DNA of 64,000 nucleotides from a virus (Duplodnaviria; Caudoviricetes): IMG/VR virus record IMGVR_UViG_2940228231_000002, positions 32,001 to 96,000 of that record; one strand, 5' to 3'. Shown piece by piece: positions 28,215 to 38,584 of this stretch (position 1 is its first letter; each line of letters starts with the position of its first letter). The notes under the pieces were generated by a model. It saw only the letters and a program-made list of their open reading frames with translations, ran no database searches and was not told where the DNA came from. The position numbers and the translations under genes were made by a program.

Positions 28215-29068
28215 TCAATGAAAGGGTTGAAGTATTAGGATATTTAAGAGGAGAAAATCTACATAGGGATATCGAGTATCGGATTTGCTTATTGCTCGCA
28301 AAGTGGTTTTACGAGAATGGGGCGAAAACGGTATTAGATATAAGAAACAAGCTCAAGGAATGGGCGACAGAAAATGATTTCTATTTAACGGTGGCTATGA
28401 ATCCAGTAGCCACCAGAGTAATAACTGGGGACATGAAATTGCTTGGCACCTCCCCCATCTACATAAACGATGAGGATGTCAAGCTTATTAAAAACAGATT
28501 CGACACTGAAAAAGAAAGGCTTGTGGCATTGTCCATCCTGTGCTATGCGAAGGCATACGCAGACAAGAAGAAAGAATTCAGATTGTCGAAGAACGCATTC
28601 TCATTATGGGTTGGCATTGATAAGAAAACGACGAGAAAGTATATCAATGAAGCTATAGATGTGGAGTATATTACTCTTTGCGATAAGGGTTCAATTAACT
28701 CATGGTATCAAACTACTGTAGTGAGTCAGCTTGGCACATATAAGATTGAGGCCCCGCTAGAAAATAGTGGGCAGTATGAACTTGTGGATAATAATATCTA
28801 TGAATTGTACGATTTAATATTTGAGGGCATTGATCAGACGCAAGAAGTTTGGTATGGCATACCAGAATATAATGACTGGTATCAGATTAGTAATATGGGG
28901 AGAGTAAAAGTTTGCGAGCGAATAGTTGGCGATAGAGTTTTTAAGTCGAAAATTCTTAAGCCATATAAAAGTAGCAGCGGAAAAGAATATATTTATATGT
29001 ATTCTGATCAAAAAAAGCAAGAAAGGGTCTGCCTCGAAAAACTAAAGCGAGTAATTGCAACGGATTAA
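28211..29068 (+). CDS. hypothetical protein with C-terminal NUMOD4 motif
   Basis: EVWYGIPEYNDWYQISNMGRVK; frame open from 28208; possible ATA start. Confidence 0.7.
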   Translation: MINERVEVLGYLRGENLHRDIEYRICLLLAKWFYENGAKTVLDIRNKLKEWATENDFYLTVAMNPVATRVITGDMKLLGTSPIYINDEDVKLIKNRFDTEKERLVALSILCYAKAYADKKKEFRLSKNAFSLWVGIDKKTTRKYINEAIDVEYITLCDKGSINSWYQTTVVSQLGTYKIEAPLENSGQYELVDNNIYELYDLIFEGIDQTQEVWYGIPEYNDWYQISNMGRVKVCERIVGDRVFKSKILKPYKSSSGKEYIYMYSDQKKQERVCLEKLKRVIATD

Positions 29069-29161
29069 AGGGTATATGTGAAATCTAAGTATGAAAGTAA
29101 AAATAAAAGGGGAAAAAAGCAAGAAAGGATTTCAATACGATACAAGGAGAATGGGATTAAT

Positions 29162-29335
29162 ATGATACTAATTACAAAAGACGAAGCGGAATTTATTAGA
29201 AAAAACTCTAAGAATTGTCGCATCGTCACAACTGGGAAATCAAAAAACAAACGTCAAAAGAAACGGTACGTTGATGAGATTTCCGAAACATATAAGTTAC
29301 TTCGCAAGTTTCACAAGAAGAAGAAAGTGAGGTAA
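29162..29335 (+). CDS. small basic protein
   Basis: MILITKDEAEFIR; start inferred. Confidence 0.6.
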   Translation: MILITKDEAEFIRKNSKNCRIVTTGKSKNKRQKKRYVDEISETYKLLRKFHKKKKVR

Positions 29336-29340
29336 TATAT

Positions 29341-30540
29341 ATGGAAAACTTTAAACGCAAAGTTGGAGAGCCAGAAGATGCTTACATCTATAGAATCTGC
29401 TCAGACAAGAGTTCCATTGGTACATGGGAAGATGTTGCTTCCTTATTAAATGCGGAATTGGAACACAACTGGACTGAGTCAGCATATAGGAAGAAATATC
29501 AAGCTGGCATAAATTACATAATCACCAACCAAGATGAGTTGTTTAACAGTGAAGGATATCTACAAAAGATCAAAGATGAGCGAGACGCTCTAGAGAAAGA
29601 GAGATATAAACTTGCCACTGAAAAATTGGAAAGAAATCGTTGGTTGCGCGAAGAAGCTCGTGATGAATTGTTTCAGGAAAAAGTTCTTGAGGCGATTGAT
29701 AGAAATGTTGGGAACTCTAAACCGCCTTGCAGATTGCAGCTCAAGAGAGATGAAAGATGTGGAATTCTTGCTCTTGCAGATATGCACTTTGGGGCAGACT
29801 TTAAGATTTACGGCATTAATGAAGAAACGCTGAATGAATATAGTCCAGAGATATTCTTTTTCACAATGGAGAAGTTATTTACTGAACTTTTGGATTACAT
29901 CGCACTTCAAAGGCTAGATTATTTGAAGATATTCAATCTAGGAGATAGTTTAGATGGATTCTTAAGACATTCTCAAATATGGACACTGAGATACGGTGTC
30001 GTGGACTCTGCTATTATTCTCGGAGACTATTTAGCCAACTGGCTAAGGGAGTTATCAAGACATGTGGGCATTGAATACTACCAAACCAACGGAAACCACG
30101 GTGAGCTAAGATTGTTGGATGGCCGTAAAGGTGCACATACGCATGAAAACATTGAAAAAATAGTTGAAGACATAATTGAGAGAGAAAACAAAGACAATTG
30201 TAATCTTGAGATTGTCAGAAACAAGTCTGGATTTATATTTACAGAAGCAGTGGGCTTCAACATACTCGGTATTCATGGCGAGGTCAAAAAGTTGACAGAT
30301 GCCATTAAAGATTATACCGATATATATGATACTAGAATTGACTATCTTATCGCAGGACACAAGCACCACACAGAATTTACTAACTGTGGTACTCGTAAAG
30401 GCTGTATAGGAGTTGGGTCTATTATCGGCAGTGATGATTATTCGCTGTCATTGAGAAAGACGGCTGATGCAACAGCATCTCTCGTCATATTTGAAAAAAA
30501 CAAAGGAAAAACGGATGAGCACACATTTGTGCTTAATTAG
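29341..30540 (+). CDS. calcineurin-like metallophosphoesterase
   Basis: ADMHFG; LGDSLDG; GNHG; HG; GHKHH. Confidence 0.85.
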   Translation: MENFKRKVGEPEDAYIYRICSDKSSIGTWEDVASLLNAELEHNWTESAYRKKYQAGINYIITNQDELFNSEGYLQKIKDERDALEKERYKLATEKLERNRWLREEARDELFQEKVLEAIDRNVGNSKPPCRLQLKRDERCGILALADMHFGADFKIYGINEETLNEYSPEIFFFTMEKLFTELLDYIALQRLDYLKIFNLGDSLDGFLRHSQIWTLRYGVVDSAIILGDYLANWLRELSRHVGIEYYQTNGNHGELRLLDGRKGAHTHENIEKIVEDIIERENKDNCNLEIVRNKSGFIFTEAVGFNILGIHGEVKKLTDAIKDYTDIYDTRIDYLIAGHKHHTEFTNCGTRKGCIGVGSIIGSDDYSLSLRKTADATASLVIFEKNKGKTDEHTFVLN

Positions 30541-30561
30541 AAATGAAAAGAGGATGAGAAA

Positions 30562-30831
30562 ATGAAAGAATTGATTAACAAAGTCGCTGAGGCTAATGGA
30601 ATCAGTAAACAGCTATCAAAGGAAGTATGCAAGTCTGTATTTGAAATTCTTGCTGAGGAGCTTGCTGTTGGAAATACAGTCAAGATTAATAAGTTTGGAA
30701 TCTTTGAAGTTCGTGTCAGAGAAGCAAGACAGGGATTCAATCCAAATACAAGAGAAAAATTAGAGCTTCCAGAGAAAAAGTATCCATGGTTTAAGTCAGC
30801 AAAAGCACTTAAAGATATTGTCAGCGATTAA
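30562..30831 (+). CDS. HU/IHF-family DNA-binding protein
   Basis: FGIFEVRVREARQGFNPNT..PWFKSAKALKD. Confidence 0.9.
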   Translation: MKELINKVAEANGISKQLSKEVCKSVFEILAEELAVGNTVKINKFGIFEVRVREARQGFNPNTREKLELPEKKYPWFKSAKALKDIVSD

Positions 30832-30908
30832 TTTCGCTACATATACAATGATGTCACTTCGTTGCGCCTACCCCCTTGTGCGATAGTGCGGAGTGGCATC
30901 AAATTCAT

Positions 30909-30982
30909 AGCGGTGTTGAGAAGTGGTATCTCATGGGACTCATTATCCCAAATCGGGTGTTCGACTCACCCCACCGCAACCA
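30909..30982 (+). tRNA. tRNA-Met(CAT), initiator-like
   Basis: Cloverleaf; loop CT-CAT-TA; 1:72 mismatch; CCA. Confidence 0.8.
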
Positions 30983-31162
30983 TTACTCGTCTACCATGTT
31001 GTAGAATGAGAAATCGGGCTTCGTAATGCGATTTCCGAATTTTGTAAAGTCAACATTAAATAAGGCATTAAAAGATAATATCTTTATTATAGAGAGCACC
31101 TGTGCTGTCCGTATTTATAGGCTGTTGAGAGTTCAGCTTGCTTTAGCCTAGAAGTTTAATAC

Positions 31163-31239
31163 GCTGGTATAGTTCAGTTAGGTAGAATACTTGTTTTGTA
31201 CTCAAGATGTCTGAGGTTCAAATCCTCATGCCAGCTCCA
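31163..31239 (+). tRNA. tRNA-Thr(TGT)
   Basis: Cloverleaf with CCA; T:T mismatch at 31:39. Confidence 0.8.
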
Positions 31240-31282
31240 AAATAAAACGATGATGGAGGCAGAGCCTTCTACCCTTTCCCCA

Positions 31283-31960
31283 TTTGTTGAAGTAGCTCAA
31301 TGGTGGAGCAACTGACAAACTGGCAGAAGAACAGTCGGCAGGATTTCTCCTAAGCCTGTATCCAAAACGGAGATATAAGTACCTATAAAAATATATACTA
31401 AAGTAACTCAGTGCAAACATCACTAGTTAGGTGGTGCTGAGGCATACTGGTTGAGTCAGTTATGTAAAAGACGGATACGTCTTTTCTGTAGCTGCGCGTC
31501 TTTAAGCGATTTCTGACGTGTAGGCAAAACCGAAACTCAAGGTATGGCACTGCGTTTACTGCAATCAAACGCACGAGATGAATGGGCAACGCAATAGAAA
31601 GAGTGGTTAAAAGCCACTCCGAATCCAAGTTAGGTTTTAGTTGGTGACTGTAGCAAACCTTGGAAATACCAACAAGTTGTTTCCCAGTGAAAGAGAGAAA
31701 TCTCTGTATAACATTCGTCGAAGTACGAGTAGGGTGGGGATTTTATAATATTGCTTTATCAAACGAATATAAGCACAAAATAAAATTTTCTGAATTAATC
31801 CTGAAAGTTGAGGGTAAGCAACCCCTCCAAAGTTTAGCTCTTTGATGGGCGTGGTAAAGAAGTCACTAGGGTAGCTCCCTTAGGCTCAGACTTTATCTCC
31901 TTTGTGGCAGAATATGGTTGAAAGTAAGCAACAGCAGGCTGAAAAGACACTTTCTGTATA
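31283..31960 (+). ncRNA. large structured ncRNA, GOLLD/ROOL-like
   Basis: About 680 nt without a credible ORF, many hairpins, inside the tRNA cluster; family resemblance recalled, not searched; ends approximate. Confidence 0.55.
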
Positions 31961-31981
31961 TATTTTTATAGGTACTTTTGA

Positions 31982-32056
31982 AGCAGGGTGGAGCAGTGGT
32001 AGCTAGTCAGGTTCATACCCTGAAAGTCGCAGGTTCGAGTCCTGCCCCTGCAACCA
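31982..32056 (+). tRNA. tRNA-Met(CAT), initiator-like
   Basis: Cloverleaf; loop TT-CAT-AC; 1:72 mismatch; CCA. Confidence 0.85.
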
Positions 32057-32118
32057 ACACCTTTCTACCAAGTGTAGAGAGGGTCTGTCGAAGAACTTCT
32101 AGTCCTTCGACCTTTATG

Positions 32119-32195
32119 GGAGAGGTAGCTCAGATGGAAGAGAAAAACTAGTATCACTAGGTGTGTCGTAGGTTCGAATCCCACCCTCTCCGCCA
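32119..32195 (+). tRNA. atypical tRNA-like RNA (loop centre ATC)
   Basis: Intact acceptor stem, near-intact T-arm, CCA; aberrant anticodon arm CTAGT-ATC-ACTAG. Confidence 0.55.
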
Positions 32196-32223
32196 GAAGA
32201 TATATTGTGATTTCATTTAGCCT

Positions 32224-32317
<94 letters not shown>

Positions 32318-32324
32318 ATCATGT

Positions 32325-32400
32325 AGGGGTATAGCTCAGTTGGTAGAGCTGTGGTCTCCAAAACCACGTGCCGTGGGTTCAAGTCCTACTGCCCTTGCCA
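32325..32400 (+). tRNA. tRNA-Trp(CCA)
   Basis: Cloverleaf; loop CT-CCA-AA; CCA. Confidence 0.92.
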
Positions 32401-32581
32401 CTTAGTAATATATTTGGAATAAAATCCACAATGGCTCCAGCTCAGACTAACGCCAAATAAGGAGTTCCTTGTAGGTGGTGCATGGACAACAACCACTCAC
32501 GCATATGGGAGTATAACCCTTTTAGTCGGGGGAAAAGACCGTAAGCCCATAATTTTGCCAGACATCTGTCTGGCTTTTTTT

Positions 32582-32657
32582 GGTTCTGTAGTGTAAATGG
32601 TTAACACATCAGGGTTCATCCTGAAAAGTCCGAGTTCGATCCTCGGCGGAATCACCA
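32582..32657 (+). tRNA. atypical tRNA, Glu(TTC)-like with 6-nt anticodon loop
   Basis: TCAGG-GTTCAT-CCTGA; other arms and CCA intact. Confidence 0.6.
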
Positions 32658-32685
32658 AAAAAGATAAAAGGAGAAAAGGAAAAAT

Positions 32686-33573
32686 ATGATTAACTATTAT
32701 TGCCCTGATTTTTTCATGGGAATAAAAACATATTTACATCTTTGCGAAATGAAGCAAGTAGTCCCTACTGTGTTTTATGATGACGTTAATATTAAAGCCG
32801 TGTTTGGTAGTTTTCCAAACATGACTTGGAATGGTGGCGGGACTTTCTTTGGCCCGATGCTCGCAGATGTAAATGAGATTCGTAATGTATTTTCCGTCTA
32901 TAAAAAATTGAATATCAAACTTCAATTAACAATGACCAATGCACTCTTGGAAAAAGAAGATTGCTATGATAGATATGGAAATACCGTACTGCGAATTATA
33001 AGTGAAGAATATAGTGATGATTTTGAGATACTAGTCTCTTCCCCTATTTTAGAGGAATACATAAGGGAGAAATACCCGTCACTAAAAATTAGCAGAAGTA
33101 TTATTGCAGCAAAAGATGATTGCGACTATAGTGAGGCGTTGAAGAAATACGAAAATGTGGTTATGCCAATTCGTCATTTGGAGAATTTTGAGCTATTGAA
33201 TTCTTTTTCGCCAGAAGAAAAACGACACATAGAGCTATTATGCAATGACCCCTGCCCTCGTGATTGTCCTAGACTATATACTCACTATCCAGAGTATGCG
33301 AAAGCTACACTGTTAATGGAGACACTGAACCCAAGTTTAAACCCAGCGTTGAATTGCAATAATCATGTGCCACTATCTGAGAAGTCGCTGAGTGCGAACT
33401 CAAGAGTGACGTATGATGAAATCAAAGAAGTTTATGTCCCTATGGGATTTAGTGAATTCAAACTATCTGGCCGTGGAAATGTGGTCAATATAATTACTAG
33501 TATAGTGCCATACTTTATTAAACCTGAATATCAAGTCGGGGCTATCAAGCACCTGCTGATGAATAATCAGTAA
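32686..33573 (+). CDS. U32-family-like Fe-S protein, paralog 1
   Basis: WNGG; IELLCNDPCPRDC; GFSEFKLSGR. Confidence 0.6.
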   Translation: MINYYCPDFFMGIKTYLHLCEMKQVVPTVFYDDVNIKAVFGSFPNMTWNGGGTFFGPMLADVNEIRNVFSVYKKLNIKLQLTMTNALLEKEDCYDRYGNTVLRIISEEYSDDFEILVSSPILEEYIREKYPSLKISRSIIAAKDDCDYSEALKKYENVVMPIRHLENFELLNSFSPEEKRHIELLCNDPCPRDCPRLYTHYPEYAKATLLMETLNPSLNPALNCNNHVPLSEKSLSANSRVTYDEIKEVYVPMGFSEFKLSGRGNVVNIITSIVPYFIKPEYQVGAIKHLLMNNQ

Positions 33574-33586
33574 AGGTTGGTGCACG

Positions 33587-35656
33587 ATGAATAAATTATT
33601 TGAAAGCCCGCCTAATGTCAGAGAGGGAAAAACTAAAGAAGAGCTACTTGAAATGTTAGAAGGAGAATTCTGGAGAAATAAATATGGAGATATTCATAAC
33701 GGATTTGATCTGGAGATTATTGTATCTAGTGGCTGTAATTTAGGATGTCGTGGTTGTGACCACTTCTCCCCCATTGCTAATGAATGGTTTGTTGACGTTG
33801 GCACTCTTAAAGAAGAACTTTTAATGCTAAAAGAAAGACTTCCTATGATTAAGAATGTTTTTCTAATTGGAGGAGAGCCACTGTTACACCCAAATTTTGT
33901 AGACGTGGCATGTTTAACACGTGACATTTTTCCAAATAGTGATGTAATTACATATACTAATGGACTGCTCATGAATAGTTTCAGTGAAGAGGATTATATT
34001 ACTTTTTCAGAAAAACGCATCAGCTTCATCATGACAAGATATCAAGTTGGATTTGATTATGAAAAAGCCAGTGCAAATCTGGATAAATATAAGATTAACA
34101 ACAACTACACACACACTAAGCTGATATTTGGTGGTTATACAGTAAATCCTGAAGGCACCGAAGATCAAACTCAGTTTTATACGTGTACAAAAACACAGAC
34201 ACCAGTGCTATCGCTAAAAGAAGGAAAGATATATAAATGCCCTTTTAGTTGTTGCTCTGGGAATATTACAAACATACATGAAAAGATAGTTATTCCTGAA
34301 ACAGAAAATGATTATTTGGATATTAGAGAAATAACTATAGAAAGATTAGACGCATTCTGTCACACTCCAAACGATAGATGCAAATATTGTGTCGAGTCAG
34401 GAAGTGGGTCTTGGCTGTGGCGACCTTATGATGGAGATGAGAATTCTTACTTGTATAGTTTGAAAGATTATTATCTTTATGATTATGATCAATACAATCT
34501 CTTGATCAATAACAAAGACTACGCAGATACTATTTTAGACAATGAAGAATTGTCTGCAAAGCTAGATTATAAATTTCATGAAAATGTTAGTAGTAAAATA
34601 ATCAAAAGATATAAGTCAAGTAAGATTGACATTATTGTCCCCTTCTATAATTTGACGAATGAGATTATCTTACAGTTAATGGATACGCTGGCAAGTCAAA
34701 CAATTATAGATGATTGTGTTGTCTACATGATTAGTGACGGAGATCCACGAGAAGCTGATATTTATTCTGCTTTCGACAGGGAATTCATAAACTGTGTAAT
34801 GCTAAAAAATGAGGTTCGTGGTGGCCCAGGTGTTGCCCGTAATAAAGCCTTGGAATGCTGTTACGGAGAGTATATTTACTTTCTCGATGCAGACGATAGG
34901 TTTGCAGATAGCGACTCTTTAGAGCGACTATATGAGTTTGCCAAAGATGGTCAATATGAAATTGTAACACATGAGGTTATTGTTGAAGATAAGCATCATG
35001 AGTCAAATTTAAGCGACGACAGAAATATAACAAGGAATTTCTATTTAGGAGATTTTATCAGAGAAAATAAAATTCTGTTTCCCCCACTGCATTTTGGAGA
35101 AGATGGTTATCTTGCTAACTTGGCTCAACATCATAAAGCAAGAGAGGGATTTATTCCTTATAAGGCATATGTCTATAATAAAAACATCAACAGCGAGAAA
35201 GCATGTCGTAATGACTACTCTGACTCGGATGTAATGATTTGTACAATGATAAATAATTATTGTTGGGCAATGGACATTCATAGTCGAGGACTTGCTCAGA
35301 GTGTTGAGGATTTTTATATTCCATTTCTTAGACAGCTTGGAGATGAGTCATTTATTCAGAGCGACTCAAAAGAGAAAACAACTCTTAATTTAGCAGTTGC
35401 TTTGTGGCTTGGCGGAAGACTATACAATGATGTTTTGGTGAAGCTACCAAGTGGCTTCAAATTAAATGAAAGCGATATCAATATAGTTAATGTTGTCGTT
35501 CTCAAGCAAATCGAAGACAATGATTACGTGTTTGAGTTGGATGGGCGCACATCACACACCTTATCTTCACTTGAAAAGAAAATAATGTCTATTCTAATGA
35601 AAAAAGATAGTCTAATAGTAAAATCAGCAGTGGATTATTTGAAGGGGTGGTTGTAA
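33587..35656 (+). CDS. radical SAM-GT2 glycosyltransferase fusion
   Basis: CNLGCRGC and GGEPLLHP; IIVPFYN, GPGVARN, FLDADD. Confidence 0.88.
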   Translation: MNKLFESPPNVREGKTKEELLEMLEGEFWRNKYGDIHNGFDLEIIVSSGCNLGCRGCDHFSPIANEWFVDVGTLKEELLMLKERLPMIKNVFLIGGEPLLHPNFVDVACLTRDIFPNSDVITYTNGLLMNSFSEEDYITFSEKRISFIMTRYQVGFDYEKASANLDKYKINNNYTHTKLIFGGYTVNPEGTEDQTQFYTCTKTQTPVLSLKEGKIYKCPFSCCSGNITNIHEKIVIPETENDYLDIREITIERLDAFCHTPNDRCKYCVESGSGSWLWRPYDGDENSYLYSLKDYYLYDYDQYNLLINNKDYADTILDNEELSAKLDYKFHENVSSKIIKRYKSSKIDIIVPFYNLTNEIILQLMDTLASQTIIDDCVVYMISDGDPREADIYSAFDREFINCVMLKNEVRGGPGVARNKALECCYGEYIYFLDADDRFADSDSLERLYEFAKDGQYEIVTHEVIVEDKHHESNLSDDRNITRNFYLGDFIRENKILFPPLHFGEDGYLANLAQHHKAREGFIPYKAYVYNKNINSEKACRNDYSDSDVMICTMINNYCWAMDIHSRGLAQSVEDFYIPFLRQLGDESFIQSDSKEKTTLNLAVALWLGGRLYNDVLVKLPSGFKLNESDINIVNVVVLKQIEDNDYVFELDGRTSHTLSSLEKKIMSILMKKDSLIVKSAVDYLKGWL

Positions 35657-36208
35657 TTGGTAATTATATTAAAATCTAATCAAATGACATTGGCTGAAAT
35701 TCCGTTGTATCACAATAGTTTTGATCAAATCACTTTTGGCGATGATAAGGTTAAGGAAATTAGCATAGTTCATGAGATTAAGAATTCTGACGAGAAGGCT
35801 TTGGAAGAGTTATATAAAAAAATATCTGCTGTAGATTATCATTCAGTAAACGAAGTCATTGTTTACTATGACAAAGATACTTATTTTTCGTTCAACGCAC
35901 AAGTTAAGGGAGTATATTATCGTGTGCTCAGCTACCTGCGGGCAAGAAATATGGAACTCAATGAGTATTTGACCATTAGATTCGCAGAGGATAATAAAGT
36001 CTGTATAGGCAGAGATGAGGATTTTGTGTTTTGCGATCAAGCAAAATGCAACTATTATAAAAACAACTATTGTAAAAAATATAATGCCGAGCTAGATACG
36101 GCAAATACATATAACAAACCAATGATATGCGAAAGCTGTTATTTGGAAATGTGGCCAGAGATTGGTCGCACTTTTCTTGGTAATATGGAAGCAAAGTACA
36201 AGAAGTAA
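35657..36208 (+). CDS. hypothetical protein with Cys-rich C-terminus
   Basis: Contiguous in operon. Confidence 0.65.
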   Translation: MVIILKSNQMTLAEIPLYHNSFDQITFGDDKVKEISIVHEIKNSDEKALEELYKKISAVDYHSVNEVIVYYDKDTYFSFNAQVKGVYYRVLSYLRARNMELNEYLTIRFAEDNKVCIGRDEDFVFCDQAKCNYYKNNYCKKYNAELDTANTYNKPMICESCYLEMWPEIGRTFLGNMEAKYKK

Positions 36209-36227
36209 AATGAAAGGAAGTGGCGAT

Positions 36228-36587
36228 ATGGCGCAATACATATTTAGATTTAAATCAGGCGAAGAAACACTAGAAAGCGTTCTAGAGGGAGAATATTCTT
36301 TTTCCATTAGACAGCAAGGGAAGGGTTCTGAGAGTTTTGTAATCATGGGTTATTATAAAGACTATGACGCAGTTGAATCTGGCGGTTTAAAAGTTTTATA
36401 TAATGATTTTGAAGAAGATATGACAGATTTAGAAATCTCTCTAGTTGAAGCGGCTAAGGAAGTTGTTGTCTTTAGGAGACCTATTGTTGGCGTAACTTAT
36501 TTTGAAACTGAAAACCTAGAGAATAATGAAAAAGGATTTGGAATGACTGAAGGAGACTCTCTCAAAGCATCAATAAGGATAGAATAA
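36228..36587 (+). CDS. hypothetical protein
   Basis: ATG after GAAAGGAAG. Confidence 0.65.
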   Translation: MAQYIFRFKSGEETLESVLEGEYSFSIRQQGKGSESFVIMGYYKDYDAVESGGLKVLYNDFEEDMTDLEISLVEAAKEVVVFRRPIVGVTYFETENLENNEKGFGMTEGDSLKASIRIE

Positions 36588-36588
36588 A

Positions 36589-37095
36589 ATGGGATTAATT
36601 AAAGACAATAATACGTCATGGAGTGACATAAAAACACTGTACACAAATCTTAACACTGCTAGAACTAAGTTTGGATTTGAGACAGCTACAGTTCCAGAAA
36701 AAGAAGCGGAAATTACGACTCCAACGGATATAACAGATATTAAGTCTTTAATTGAAGCAATGACTACTAATTCGTATGTTGGCAGTACAGCATCGACTGA
36801 AAGTGTTATAGTTCCAGCAAGTGGTGATATTATGCAACCAACTCCGTTTACGGAAATGGAAACGATTATTCAAAATGTAAATGATACTTGTGCACATAAT
36901 GCGTCGTATTTTGCGGGGAACTATGCATACAATTCATCTTTCAACTCTAGCAACTATGGATATAACTCGACTTTCAATTCAAGTAATTATGGCTTCAATT
37001 CGTCTTTTAATTCTAATTGGAATTCAGGCAATTATAGTTTTAATTCGTCTTTTAATTCAAACTGGAACTCTGGCAACTATAGCTTCAGAAGATAG
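36589..37095 (+). CDS. putative modification substrate or precursor with (F/Y/W)-N-S repeats
   Basis: Ten aromatic-N-S motifs in the C-terminal 60 aa; directly upstream of two radical SAM genes. Confidence 0.7.
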   Translation: MGLIKDNNTSWSDIKTLYTNLNTARTKFGFETATVPEKEAEITTPTDITDIKSLIEAMTTNSYVGSTASTESVIVPASGDIMQPTPFTEMETIIQNVNDTCAHNASYFAGNYAYNSSFNSSNYGYNSTFNSSNYGFNSSFNSNWNSGNYSFNSSFNSNWNSGNYSFRR

Positions 37096-37123
37096 AAAAA
37101 TTGAAAAAAGGAGTATATAAAAA

Positions 37124-38578
37124 TTGAATAATGAACACACAGATATTAGAAGGCTAACATTGTTAGCGGCCACTGGATGTAATTTGCAGTGCAAATACTG
37201 TGCGATAGCAAAAACAACTAATGAACACTCTAAAACCCTATTTAGTGAAACAATCAAAGCACTAGATGATGGGACTTATTTAGAGAACACATTAAAATGT
37301 TTAGAGCGGCTTGGTGAGTCCCCATATAAAATCGAAGGATTCGACATATGGGGGCAAGAACCTACCATGATTATTTCTCATGTTTCAAAGAACTGGGGAG
37401 ATTGGTATGCTGCCTATCCAAATATCAAGTCAACATTCTTTTCTACAAACGGAATAGATATGGTTGACCAGATTTATGATTTTGTTGTTGCAGTAAATGA
37501 AGTGGCCACAAAAGAAATACAAATGGACTTTCAGGTTTCTTACGACGGAGCTTATGGCACCGAAAATGTTAGAGGCGGAGAAGGTTCCTCAATACTCAAC
37601 AACTGTATTGAGTTGAATAAAAAGTTCAATCAGACTCACCTTCCAAATGTGAACGTGAGTTTTAATTTCCACGGAGTTGTGTCAAATGACCTAATTGAGT
37701 ACTTAGATAACTTTGAAAAAATAGATGCCTACTTAAAAGAAATCGAAAGTTTTTTAAAGCAAGTTAGAGATACTAATATTAGTAAACATATCCGATGGAA
37801 TGGAATCACATTACAGTACGAGAACGGAACAGATGTACATGCTGAACAGGGAATCAGATTGGCTGACTTTGTGAGAAAGATAGAACATCTGAGACATGAA
37901 AACACTTATACGTTTTTCAATGATGGCGAGAGCTTTATCATGGAGCTGTTAGGTGGGAGCATCTACATGCTTGAAGAGAAAATGAAGGAATATAACTCCC
38001 CTACTTTAGATGCTTATGTAAATGATGTACTTAACCGTAGTGATGTGGATTTGAACAGGAAGTACAAACAGGCGCCCTATTGTGGCCCCGCTAGATCTGA
38101 ATTAAAAGTCATATATGATGGGACATTGGTTACTTGCCAGAACTCTATATATGACATTCAAATAGATAAGAGCACTTTAGAGAACACGGTGCGAGATGAA
38201 GCTCGCTGGGGTCAAATGACTCACGGGCACAGGATTAATTTCATTAATGATAGCGATGAAGATATTGAGAAGTATCTAAGTTTCATTGACAATACATTTA
38301 ATGGCAGCGTGCAATATTTTATGATTGGCAATATTGCAAATCTTATGTATTGCTTAGCTAAAATTGGTCAGATCTCCCCTTCCTATTTAACAGATATGGA
38401 AAAGCTCAAAAGACATGCTTTTATACTGTCAAATGTAAACTGCTGCTACTACAACCTAGTGGTTAACTCAGGGTCGAATGTTATCCGTAATGCGAGCGAG
38501 ATCAGATTGCTATGCAACGGAGTCTTAGACCTATATGAAGAGGCAGTGAATTTGAGACTTTTTAGAAACAAGGAGTAA
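37124..38578 (+). CDS. radical SAM enzyme
   Basis: CNLQCKYC; WGQEP; FSTNG; QVSYDG; auxiliary C..DG...CQ. Confidence 0.88.
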   Translation: MNNEHTDIRRLTLLAATGCNLQCKYCAIAKTTNEHSKTLFSETIKALDDGTYLENTLKCLERLGESPYKIEGFDIWGQEPTMIISHVSKNWGDWYAAYPNIKSTFFSTNGIDMVDQIYDFVVAVNEVATKEIQMDFQVSYDGAYGTENVRGGEGSSILNNCIELNKKFNQTHLPNVNVSFNFHGVVSNDLIEYLDNFEKIDAYLKEIESFLKQVRDTNISKHIRWNGITLQYENGTDVHAEQGIRLADFVRKIEHLRHENTYTFFNDGESFIMELLGGSIYMLEEKMKEYNSPTLDAYVNDVLNRSDVDLNRKYKQAPYCGPARSELKVIYDGTLVTCQNSIYDIQIDKSTLENTVRDEARWGQMTHGHRINFINDSDEDIEKYLSFIDNTFNGSVQYFMIGNIANLMYCLAKIGQISPSYLTDMEKLKRHAFILSNVNCCYYNLVVNSGSNVIRNASEIRLLCNGVLDLYEEAVNLRLFRNKE

Positions 38579-38584
38579 TGATTT

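Noticed and set aside
32420-32580. Additional tRNA or named riboswitch
   Set aside because: Some hairpins and a terminator are present, but no cloverleaf or family motif I can support.
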